Shown: piece after piece, positions 31,313 to 54,595 of the stretch
How positions within the stretch are numbered: position 1 is the first letter of the stretch
Layout of the letters: each line of letters starts with the position of its first letter
Assembly (NCBI GenBank): GCA_013265495.1
Contig: MU057989.1
Coordinates: forward strand, 1-64,000
Origin: Vicugna vicugna
Lineage: Eukaryota
DNA: 64,000 nucleotides
Direction of reading: 5' to 3'
Translations under genes and position numbers: made by a program
Notes under the pieces: generated by a model
The model's database searches: none
Told to the model about the DNA's origin: nothing
Seen by the model: the letters and a program-made list of their open reading frames with translations, nothing else

Positions 31313-31415
31313 GGGGTGGGGTGGACAGGGTACAGCTCAGTGGTAGAGCGCTTGCTTAGCATGAGCGTGGTCATGGGTTCAATCCCCGGTACCTACATCA
31401 AAAACAAAAAAAAGC
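31313..31415 (+). mobile_element. tRNA-derived SINE (Vic-1-like)
   Basis: agggtacagctcagtggtagagcgcttgcttagcatg...gggttcaatcccc, followed by an A tail. Confidence 0.85.
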
Positions 31416-31644
31416 TAGGAAGACCTGTTCCCTTCCTCCCACTGGCAGAGCACACAGAGGTGTGGAGGCACCCTGGGACTCAGCCGCCCTCCCAGTGCCA
31501 GGGCGGTGGGTAGGGATGGACACAGAGTGGGGTGTGGGGCAAGAACCAGGACCTGGTTTCAGGGCCCCTCTCTGGCTGTGGACTAGTCAGTGGTCCAGCC
31601 AATGACCCTACTATTCTTGGCTCTCCAAAGCACAGCTCAAAAGC

Positions 31645-32068
31645 GAGTCAAATAGTGCCCCTCAAAAATCCACGTCTGCCTGGAACCTCACAATGTGACC
31701 TTCTGTGGAAACAGGGGCTTTGCAGATGTGATTAGTTAAGATGATGTCATAATGGATTACAGTGAGAGTATCCTTATGAGAGACAGAAAGGGAGACACAA
31801 GAGAGACACATGGGGAAGACTATGTGAAAGGGCGGAGATCACAGTGATACAGTCACCAGCCAAGGAACACCGAGCATTGCCAGGAGCCACCAGAAGCTGG
31901 AAGAGGCAGGAAGGATCCTCCCCTGAAGCCTTCAGAGGGAACACGGCCCTCCTAACATCTTGGTGTCAGATTTGTAGCCTCTTGCACCGTGAGAGTGTAC
32001 ATTTCTGTTGTTTTAAGCCACCCAGTTTGTGGTCATTTGTTCCGGCAGCCCCCAGAGACGAATACGAG
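31645..32068 (+). mobile_element. MLT1C-like LTR
   Basis: 'tggaacctcacaatgtgaccttc...tttgcagatgtgattagttaagatga...ttttaagccacccagtttgtggtcatttgtt'. Confidence 0.85.
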
Positions 32069-34084
32069 GTGATATTACAAACGTGATGATGATGACAATG
32101 ATATAGTTGCTGACATATGTTAAGAGTTCACTCTTGCCCAGCCCTGTTGGGAGTATGGGAAATGCACATTCCATGTAACCCACATTAACCCCATGAGGCT
32201 GGACCTTGAGATTTCCACTTGCCGGAGGAGGAAACCATGACCTGGTTAAGATGGTGGAGGTCACCTGGCCAGGTCTGAGGCCTAGCAGCCAGGCTCTGGA
32301 CCCACCCTGTGATGACAGGGGTAATATGCGAATACTCTAAGTGTGTTATTGGTACAGGCGCTGGCCCATCAGAATTGTCTGGACCCCAGACTGGACCAGC
32401 ATCCCGGAGCCCTCTGCTGGGCTTGGCATTAATCCTTTGGTCACAGGAAGGACAGACTGGGAGACTGAGGGAGGGTGTTGGGTGGCAGGCTGCTGCCGAG
32501 CTGGCATGGCAGTGTTTCAGTGGCTCCCCCTGCTGTGGCCGTACCAGTGTTTGCAGACTCCACGTCTGTCCTGTATGAGGGTGGTGGCAGATGCAGCTGG
32601 CCCTACAGAGGGTCAGGACTGGCCCCCACTGGGTCACCCCCTCACCTACCCTGCCAACTCTGGGCGTCCTTACCTAGACCTGTTCTGATATTCCCCCAGC
32701 TGGTGGCCCAGTACCAGGTGTGGTGATCCAGAGGGTCTCTGGGTTTGGAAAGGCAGACTGGAAGAATAAGGTCGCTGAAAGTGACAAGTAAGGCCAGCTG
32801 CAGCAGGGCGATGTCCCCAGTGCCCCACTCTTCCAAAAAGCTCAGGTGGGTGATGAACTGGACCAGGGCTCGGAGTCCCTGGGGCTTGTTGGCCTGGGAG
32901 TAGGAGGAGATGGAGCCCAGCAGCATGAAGTAGGCAGGCAGCAGCTGGTCCCTGGGGGTGGGAGGTCAGGGGATGGTGAAGGCTGTGCCAAGATCCCATG
33001 GGCAGGGCCTAAGGATGATCTTGGCTCATAGGTCCTAACATTACAAATCGCCTTTTTTTGAGCTGAGCCCCTGCCAGCAATGACAAGCACCCTGTTTAAT
33101 CCTCGAGGCAACCCTGCAAGGCGCCCATTACTTGCTCTGTTCAGTGGGCATGAAACAGGCTTGGGAGGTGATGCCACCTGTCCAAAGTCCTCCCAGCTAG
33201 TAAGCAGTGGACTTGAGGCTTGGGTTCCCAAAGGACGTTCTGATGTGGGAGCTTTAGGTTTTGGGGAAATGAATTATTTCTTGGAATGTGGACAATGGGA
33301 GGGCCAGGGCTGGGTCTGTCTCCCCAACACTCTCCCGTGTGCCCAGCCAGGGGACTGAAGGTGGAGCCGCTGAAGGAGACACGGGATTCTCAACCTGCAA
33401 ATCTGATGCCCTGCTATCCTTCCCTGACCACAAATGGCAGCATCCCTGACCCTATGCCCAGCATCCCTGCCTGGCCTGTATCTGTGGCCCCAGCCCTCTG
33501 GATCAGGGGCCTTACAGAGGTTGTATGAGCAAGAAAGGAGAGCTGCCCAGCCTTGGGCTTGGCGGGGAGAAGGAATGTGGGAGGCTTTTCCGATTCCTAA
33601 GTTTCTTCCACTTCTCAAAAAGTACCCATCCGTCTCAATGCCCCTGCATCAACCTAGTGTCTGGGCAGCTCCCCCTCGAGGAGCTCTTTACCCTTGGAGG
33701 GCACATTGGGTCTCAGAGCAGCCCCAAATGTTTGACTTAGGTCAAAAATCATGCTCAGTGAATACTCCAATACTCTATTATTGCTTTTTTCCTCTTGATT
33801 TCTGAGAAGAAAAATGTGGACCTATTAGTTTCTTGAGTATTTAGGACATTTTTTGCTTTAGATCATTCAAAACTCTGTTGTTGGTGCAGAAAGGCTAATG
33901 CCTCTTACATCTTTTTAGCGGCTTGTAACTTTTATCAATGTAAAATACCCCTGTATCTCATTCTTAAGACTGTGAGCCTTGGGTCCTTTTATCTGAGGTT
34001 ATCTGATGTGTGATCATCCACAGCCACTTTCATCTTTTTGCAATTTTCCCACATATATTCATCAATCAAAAAGAAATAAAAAGA

Positions 34085-34265
34085 AGGTATTTAACAGCAA
34101 GGTGCTACTATATAGCACAGGGAAATATATACAATACCTTGTAATAGCCTATAATGAAAAGAATATGAAAAGGAATATATACACATGTATAACTGAATCA
34201 CTACGTTGTGCACCAGAAATTAACACAACATGGTAAACTGACTATACTACAATTGAAAAACAAAA
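34085..34265 (+). mobile_element. L1 3' UTR fragment (artiodactyl type)
   Basis: 'aacagcaaggtgctactatatagcacagggaaatatatac...aactgaatcactacgttgtgcaccagaaattaacacaaca'. Confidence 0.8.
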
Positions 34266-34267
34266 GA

Positions 34268-34540
34268 GCAGGGGCGGGGATAGCTTAGTAGTAGAGTGCG
34301 TGGTTAGCATGCACGAGGTTTTAGGTTCAATCCCCAGTACCTCCATTTAAAAAATAAACAAATCTATTTTTTTTAAAGGAAAGAAGTGGGGAGGGTATAG
34401 CTCAGGTGGTAGAGTGTATGCTGAGCATACACAGGGTCTTAGGTTCAATCCCCAGTACCTCCTCTAAAAATAAACAAATAAGTAAACCTAATTACCTCCC
34501 CGCCCAAAAAAATTTCAATAAATAAAAATTTTAAAAAGAA
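34268..34540 (+). mobile_element. Two tandem Vic-1-like SINEs
   Basis: Two A-box/B-box units (~34270 and ~34388), each with an A-rich tail. Confidence 0.85.
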
Positions 34541-35262
34541 ATGAAGACATTTAGAAAGAAATTACAAATGTTAAATTTCTTAACCTCCTTATGCTTGGTC
34601 CCTACTGCAATATACTTGCTGGAATCCTTGGAAGATAGTAAAGTCCTTCCACTAACAGTATTATGGATTTTTGTGATTGTCAAAGAAACAGAAATTTCAT
34701 AAGATTCACTAATACCTTATGGGGATAAAGGCACATCCGGCCTGCTTGAGATTTTGTTGTTGTATGGTCCCAGAAATTATGTTTGAGAAGTCCTAGATTA
34801 TCAGAATTATGTAAGAGCCCACACATTTCCCAGTAAATCTGATTAGAAGACATCCCGACAGTCCTTATCATCGCTGTCATCAAGTGCTCCTTAGAACACC
34901 CAGCAAAGCATTTGGCACGATCCTCTTTTCCAAATGTGCTCATCGCATCCTGTGAGCATGTTTCTGCCTATGTTAGGAATGTACAGGGGGGAGGAGATGC
35001 GTCTTCCTCTTCTGACTCTCGTAAGCTAGGAGAACTCCCTGTGCTGGAGACAGGTACCTGGCCGACAGGTACGTGCCTTTCTAAGGATCTGCTAATGGGG
35101 ATTCCGTAGCCTGGCCTGGTCTTCATCATTTCTCAACCTCTTGTTTTATTTTATGTAAAACCTTTTTTTATTATGGGAAATGGATAAGACAAGAACCAAC
35201 CTTGAATATTGTTCCACATTTCTACATTTTTCTCTTATGGAATCTACCCCTTTTAAACGTTT

Positions 35263-35267
<5 letters not shown>

Positions 35268-35307
<40 letters not shown>

Positions 35308-35412
35308 GGAATTAGGTTTATTTATTTATTTATTTTAGAGGAGGTACTGGGGATTGAATCCAGGACCTCATGCATGCATGAGCTTTACCACTTAAGCTAT
35401 ACCCTCCCCCTT
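35268..35412 (-). mobile_element. Vic-1-like SINE with long poly-T
   Basis: Long T run, then ggaggtactggggattgaatcc...gctataccctcccc. Confidence 0.85.
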
Positions 35413-35817
35413 GCTCCAAATTCTGACCAGGCTTCCCTATTTTATCAAGTGCGCCAATTCATTTTTTATCTATATCCATGTTATTATTCTGCCTTTTGGC
35501 TGAAATGTTTTACCTCAGCAATAGTTTGAATTTCCGAACACTTTCTTGTTCTCCAATTGGTCTTCCAAAGTATAGTCCTTTTTGTTTGTTTGTTTTTGTA
35601 TTTTTTTCTTGGTTCTCACTTTATAGTCTAATTCTTATTTAAAGCTTATAAACAGCTTTTATTTAATATTTATAAACAGGAAACCAGTTAGAAATTTCCT
35701 GGTGGTCTGCTGTTCCATGTATTATCTCAGTTTTCTCTGGAGTCAATTCAGTTTATTCAAACAGATCCTTCTGGTGCATGTGCAGGTTTTCTGCAAACAT
35801 TTCTTCATCCTTGGTTG

Positions 35818-36400
35818 TTGCAAAGTAAAAGGTTAAATGAACAGGCCTAGGATGTTCAAACCCTTCACAGAACAGGAAAGGACTGGTCCTTGACTGTCTC
35901 CTATGAAATAACCTCTGAGCCCTTGAAAAGTCCTGCCTGAAGACTGTCTTTGTAGATCTGGATTTTTGGGCCACTCCAGATAGTTAGTTGATGCTAATGA
36001 TGTGATATATGGCAGGGCGTTGGGCCACACATATCAGCTGGACCTCTGGAGGGGCTGAGAACTAAGGTCAGTTACATAGGCACTCCATGCCTAGGCGATG
36101 AAATCTCCAAACTCCAGACACCAAGGCTCAGGTGAGCTTCCCTGATTGGCAGACCTTCATGAGTGTTGTCACACGTGGTTGCTGGAAAAATTAAGCACTG
36201 TCCCCCTGGCTCCCCTGGGAGAAAGCAGCTGGAAGCTTGCAGCTGATCTCCCCCAGACTCTCCTCTGCACCTTTTACATTTCACTGATGTTATTCATTTG
36301 CTGTAAAGACACATAACCATGAACACAACAGCTTTTCTGAGTTCTGTGAATCCTAATGAATCATTGACTCTGAGGGTGCTCTTGTGGACCCCAGTTTGTT
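35818..36400 (+). mobile_element. MER21-family LTR upstream of PRSS41
   Basis: 'aaagtaaaaggttaaatgaacaggcc...accaaggctcaggtgagcttccctgattggca...ttctgagttctgtgaatcctaatgaatcattgactctgaggg'. Confidence 0.7.
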
Positions 36401-36671
36401 GTCTGTTCACGTCTATGACTAAGAGCCACCTTGGTGACTTTGGTACCCTGCAGCATTGCCTGCCAGGAAGGGAAGCTGCCTGTAGGCTCTATGGAGTTAG
36501 GTGGGGCTTGTTCCCCAGGCAGCAGGCAGACACAGAGGCTAAAAGTCCTCCAGATGGTCAAAATCAGGCCTGCCTTTATGATGTGGGTCCTATGAAGGAT
36601 CATAACTTTTAACAGCAAGTGACACAGTGCTAGACCTCCAATCAGCACTCAGTGAGGACTTGTTAAACATT

Positions 36672-46824
<10,153 letters not shown>

Positions 46825-46938
46825 CTGGCCTGTGCACACCTGAACCCGTGCAGGTGTAGTAGTTACTGCAGCGCTGGGTACATTCAACCAGGACTAGGGG
46901 CACCCTTGTGGCAGGACTGCCTGCTGGACGAGGCTCTG

Positions 46939-47840
46939 GTCCCCTTCTGTCTCCTTTGTAATAAACACATGTGTGTGTTCAAGTCGATGCCTTGCAGAGC
47001 TTTCTGTGGGCCTGGCTGGCTTCCTGGACACCCTCATGGTCACCCAGGTCCCGTCCACCCCAAGATCACTCCTTAACTCCTAAGTCATTGTCCACCCATC
47101 TGCACTGTATAGGTCTGGGTTGCAAACAACAGAACCCTCTCAGGTTAGTTCAATCAGAAAGATCATTTATGGAAGGACAGTAGCAGCACCAGGGTCCCTG
47201 GGGGCTAGGGAGGCTGGAGTGGGGGTGCTGTGAGGAAACACCCCAGGACTCCTAGCGCTCCTTCCCTGTTCCCCATCACACAGATGCAGACGCTCCTGGT
47301 CTTGCCATGGTCCCCCAAAGGCTGACCTGGGACCAGGCAAGGGTGCAGGTAGTTTATTTGGGAGGTGATGCCAAGAAGCGCGAGGGAAGAGTGGGCAAAC
47401 CGAGGCAAGGAGGGACGAAACCAGTGAGGCCCAGATGTGGAGGTTACCCTTGTGGGTACCTGAGGTGCAGTCTGGCTGGGGGCCCCTGAGAAACCGCGGG
47501 GACGCGCCTCAGCATCGCCTGAGGAGGACAAGGACCTAGGCGAGGCCGCGTCTCTCCTGACTCCCTGAGGTTGAGGGTTGTCCTGGGGGCATGGGGGCTC
47601 CAAGCTCCACAAGGTTGCCTGGGTGGATGGGCAGCATCCAGAGTGTCCGTCCCCTCTTCCAAGTTGGGGTCCCAGAACCCAGCCTCAGCACAGACAAGGG
47701 GCCAGGCCTGCGGGGCTGACTCGGGCACCTCGGAACTATCCAGGCAGCTCTGCGTTTTCACCAGATCCACGAGCGCTGTGAGTGCAGGAAGGCGTGAGGG
47801 GCTCTGTTGGGTCTAGATCTGCCCTCGCTCCCCGCCCCAC
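46939..47840 (+). repeat. Outer inverted-repeat arm B (PRSS41 3' UTR/flank incl. AATAAA 46960-46965 and an MLT1J/K-like LTR)
   Basis: Reverse complement of 22335-23237. Carries the MLT1 hallmark 'gtagtttatttgggaggtgatgccaagaag'. Confidence 0.92.
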
Positions 47841-50351
47841 TGTGGAGAGGTTGGGAGGGAGTCTTGGGAGTGGTGCCCCCCTCACCTCTGCGCCTCCCAA
47901 CCCCAAGAGCAGCCCAGGCTGCCAGACACCCTGCTTGGACTTCATACCCCTGGGCAGCCCTGTGAGGCTGGAGCTTCCCTTCCCCCTAGTCATAGTGAGG
48001 AAACTGAGGCTCAGGGAGGTGACAGGGTCACTCAAATCACCCAGCTCACAAGGGCCTATGTCCACCTCTTACAGCACGTGGACCTGTCCAGGTCTGACTC
48101 GGAGGAGCCAGCAGATCCTCTGGGGGTGGGGTCTCCCCAGTATCCTGTGGGACTTGCCTGCTCTGAGATTTCCACTTGCCCTCCCCAGCAGCCAAAACCT
48201 GAAGGCGGCCCTGCTCGCCTCCCCCAGAGGCTCTCCGAGTTGACCCCAAGCAGAGCACTTACTGCCCTGGTGTCCCCTATGTTACTGGAGGACAGTGCTA
48301 TTTAATGCCTATTAAGCGCTTGGCTCCAGACCAGCCACCCTGTGACACTGGCCCTACAGGGCTACCTGGCAGGATTGTCACTGCTCCTTCTCCAGCAGCA
48401 GGCAGAGTAGCCTCTGGTGGCCCAGTGCTTGTGTGGCATACTCATCCACAGGAACGTCTTTGAGCTCGCCCTGGCAGATGTCCCCCACAGGGTCTTGCAG
48501 GGCCACCTATCCAGAGGCTCAGGAGGACCCCCATCAGGTGCTGCAGCACACCCCCTACCCTGGTGGCCTGGCTCACCCCCACACCTTTGTCCCTCAGGCT
48601 GCTTTGGATGACCCCTAGTGGGTCAGTGGGTCAGCGTGGTTTGGGTTCAAGCTGTGGCTGTCCCAAAGGGCCCAGGATCTGCTGTGACACCAGCGAGCAC
48701 ACCAGCCGCATCCTGGAAAAGCTGCTGCTGCCTGCTCTCCCCAGGACACCCCCTCCTACCTCCTCCTGCTGCCAGGTCTACAGGGTGCCCTTGGTTGTCT
48801 GAGATGAGTCCTATGCTGTAGACAGTGGGCTGGGAACTGCCAAACTGAAACACACTCAGGCAAGGTGGCCAGCTAAGAGGGGGTGGGTGTATGTCCTTTC
48901 CACCTTTGTTGAACTATTATTTTGTTCTTTTGTTTTCAGTCTTGGCATTTAAACCCTTTGGTCATAAGCAACAGAATCCCCTAGAGCTAGTGTGAGTGAA
49001 GGGAAGTTGCTTTAGAAGGATAAAGGGCAGCCCACAGAGGCAAGGATGACTAGAAGGAGGAGCTCCAACTCCACAGGACACTCTTTCTCAGCCTGGAAGC
49101 TTCCAGGCTCTCGGGCCAGCTGAGAGTCCTCATCTGTGGACAGCTATGCCTGCCCCCTGCCTGGGCCCTGAGAGGTTTTCTCTCCCCCTCCAGGGTAAAA
49201 AAAAAAAAAATCCCAGGGAAGAATTCTGATTGGCTGGTTTGGAGTGACGTGTCACCTCTTGACCAATCACTGTGACCTGGGGGACATGGTGGGTTGACGG
49301 CCCCAGTTTGGGCCAATTGCCTACCTCTGGGAGTAGGGGCAGATCTGGCACCAGAGAAAAGGTGGGGCTGACTCAGCTGTGGCCCCAAGAAGGGTGGTTG
49401 TGAGAAGGGCAAGTAGATGACATTTGCCCAGGAGCCTTTTCTGCAGTGTGACTCAAGGGTGAGGCTAAAGGGTATGGGGGCTCAGCAGGGGTCTGTGCCT
49501 CAGTTTCTCATTCTGAGACAGGGGCATGGTTTTGGGTGAACCCCTGGAAAGGTGTTCCTTTCTTAGTCCCCTCAGGTTTGACTGTCCATTATTCAGCCAG
49601 TTCCAGATCCTCCCACCCTAAGCCAATTTCTCAGTGGCAATTTATTTCCTCATCCATGCCCCCAAGTGTCCTGAAGCCTTCCTGCCTCACCCAAATCCCA
49701 GCAGGTAGAGACCCAGCTCCCCTGCTGAACAGGGCATCTAGCCTTCCAGCGAACTCCCCTCTCAATGTTTGGTCCATGTCCCGAGAGATGGCTGTGTTCC
49801 CAGGGTCCCTTGTCGCTCCCATTCCCACCAGCCTCTCCAGCTGCCCCCAACTGTGCACCAAAGGGAACACCACCAACCTGGCTCCACTCCTGCCAAGCCC
49901 TCTAATGGAAGCTGAATGCAGGAAACAAAAGCTCAGAAGCTTCGGGAAGGATGAGAGGGTGCTTTTATTCCTGTAGCCCTTCTGTAGCAGTCACAGTAGC
50001 CAGGCACGAGTCCAAGTTCTGCATAGGTGAACCCAGTTAATCTTCACCATTAGCCAGGAGGTGGGTTTTACAGAAGAGGAAAATCCCCCAAGGTCTCAGA
50101 GCTGGAGGAAGGGTGGCCGCAACCCGGCTCCAGAGACCGAGCATGGACAGTAGACGTCACACTGCAGAAATGGCTCCTGAGGCTGCCTTCCCTCACTACG
50201 TGTGGAGGGGCTGCGGCTGGCTCGCCACTATGTCCCCTTATCAGTAACCTTCACCCTCACCCCCAGCCTGATGCCCTGCTGGCCCCTTTCAGCCACTCCC
50301 AAATACTCAGTGCCCACTCTCTGCTGGGCACTGTTCTGGCCACTGAGGACC

Positions 50352-50752
50352 ACTAGAGACTGAATCTGTGTCTTCTCCAAAATTCATATGTTGAAGCCTT
50401 AACCACCCGCCTCCCCAGTTTGACTGTTTTTGGAGATAAGCCATTCGTGGAGGTAATTAAGGTTACATGAAGTCATAAGGGTGGGCTCTGATCTACTAGG
50501 ATTAGTGTCCTTCTAAGAGGAGACACCAGCCAGCCCCCCTCTACTCCCCACCCAGGGCAGACACAAACAGGAGGCCATGTGATCACACAGTGAGATGAAA
50601 GCCACCTACAAGCCAAGAGGAGAGGCCTCAGAATGAAACCCATCTTGCCAGGACCCTGTCCTTGGACTTCCAGCCTCCAGACCTGTGAGAAATCAACTGT
50701 GTTGAAGCCACCCAGTCTGCGGTATTCTGTTCTGGCTGTCTGAGCTAAGACA
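50352..50752 (+). mobile_element. MLT1A-like LTR
   Basis: 'ctgaatctgtgtcttctccaaaattcatatgttgaagcc...ttggacttccagcctccagacctgtgagaaat...aagccacccagtctgcggtattctg'. Confidence 0.85.
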
Positions 50753-51915
50753 TCGACAGAGACCCAGTCCCCAGACAGATGCAGATCAAACTGCCTCTAT
50801 CCCCTGTCAATTCACATGGTGACGTGGCTGAGGAGGAAGTGTGGTGGGCAGGAAGGACCCCCAGGGGGGGGAACCAAGTGGAAGGCTGCTCGAGGAGTAT
50901 CAACTTGATAGAAGGAGGTTCCAGAACTTTCCAGGAGGTGGGCACAGTCCAGACCCTGACCACCACTGAGCCCTGTCCCTAGCATTTCCCCACCTCAACA
51001 GAGACTGGCAGTCTTGCTGTCTGGACACCCCAAACTGAAGAGCAGACTGTTTCCCAAGGTCAAGTCTGCTCCCACCTCTGGTCAAGTGAGGAGAGAGGCC
51101 AGCTTTGAACAAGCCATTCATTCCTGCTCCCGAACTCTGCAGACCCAGGCCAGGAGGAGCTATGCATGGCCAGGGATGGGAGACTGGGCTCCTGGACAGA
51201 ACAATAGAAGCCCAGAGCCAGGACTGGTTTTGGAGATGAGCTGCCAAGGTTCCTCCCGAGCTTCCTGGCCTGACCACGACAACCCCCAACCTCCACCCCT
51301 GCCTTTGCCAGGCTGGGCCCAGGCTCCTGCCCCCAGTTCTCAGCACTGTGGCCCAAGCCAAGCTTCCTTGGAGAAACCCAGGTGTCCCTTTCCTGCCACC
51401 TCAAAATCACTGTTCAAAGCATCTTTGTTCCAGGCTGGGACTGCTGAAGCCGCAGCCCCGCCCTGACCTCCTTAATTATCCCCTGGCCAGGCCCCCACCC
51501 ACCCCTGGCTCTTTAAGCCCCCAGGTCCTCCCCCAGGGCAGTCAGCAGGGAGGACACCAGCTGCGGAGGGTGAGAGTAGAGTTAGGGGCTGCCAGGGGGT
51601 CAGGAGCAGCTGTCAGGTGGTGGAAATACGTGGTGGGGGAGGGGCTGGGCACCAGGGCTTGTATGGCACCAATGGTGCCCAAATCAAGCAGCATTTAGGG
51701 GGCAGGGGTGATCTTTCGGGGCAGTCTGGGCAGAGGGCAGAGCTGGGCCACAGGGACAGGTCTGGGACCAACCAGGGGTTAAAGGGTCTGGGGTCTGGTA
51801 GGGGTTGGGGGCTAGTGACCTAGGCTAGGACTCTCCTCTCCACTCTCTGCAGGCTTCAACCAGAGGGCAAGCCCCAGGCAGTACCACCACTACCTGGCGC
51901 AGCCCTGAAGACAGA

Positions 51916-53871
<1,956 letters not shown>

Positions 53872-54199
53872 TGCAGTGATACTGGCCTGAAACCAGACAC
53901 TGGGGGTCCCTCAGCTGCCTGGTCCCTCTGGGGATCTGCACATCCCCTTCCTCATCCCTGGCCCTTCTGACTTCAGGCTCAGAGGCTTGATAAAGCTAAA
54001 AGGCCATCCACCCATCCATCCCCCGCCTCCTCCTTGGGGTGCACCAAACTGGAGCTGTCAACCCTCCTCCAAGAGCCTCCCGTATGTCCGGGAGTCTCAC
54101 ACTCCCTTCCTCTACTTCCTGCTCATATTTACTCTTCTCAGCTCTGACCAGGGTACCCAAAGACTGGCAAGTGAGTTGGTACTTGGTCTGGTCTGTGTG

Positions 54200-54595
54200 C
54201 CCCTCTTTTCTGGAGGAAGTCAGGGGGATTCACATGGGAGAGGGATTCATCACCAAGGAGATGATTCTCCATTACTAGCTCTGAAGATGGTGGGGTCATG
54301 TGGCAGGGAGCTGAGGACAGCCCTCAGCTGACTGCCAGCAGGGAAAGGGAGCCCTTAGCGCCACAGCTGCAAGGAACCAAACCCAGCCAATCACCTGAAC
54401 AAGCTTGGAGGTGAACTCTTCCCCTGGCCTCCAGATAAGAGTCCTGACAGGCTAAGGCTTTGATTTCAGCCTGGTGACACCCTAAGCAGAGAACCCAGCG
54501 GAGCCCACCCACAGAGTTGTGATTTAATAAATTTGTGTTATGTAAGCTGCTATACTGGTAGTCATCTGTTAGAGAGCAATAGAAAATGCGTATTT
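54200..54595 (+). mobile_element. MLT1D-like LTR downstream of PRSS33
   Basis: 'gacagccctcagctgactgccagcaggga...ttgatttcagcctggtgacaccctaagcagagaacccagc...aataaatttgtgttatgtaagc'. Confidence 0.8.

Larger units (their letters stand above)
30290..33450 (-). pseudogene. PRSS32: PRSS32-like serine protease pseudogene
   Basis: Exon 32951-32674 (AG/GT intact): YFMLLGSISSYSQANKPQGLRALVQFITH...GDIALLQLA...LPVCLSKPRDPLD..YWATSWG. Exon ~31120-30983: PPPFTLKVLHLPFTDVQTWDTY, with a frameshift and loss of the MLCAG segment. Remnant at ~30500-30290: PNSPGQYA...hydrophobic tail. It closely follows recalled mouse Prss32. Confidence 0.75.
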
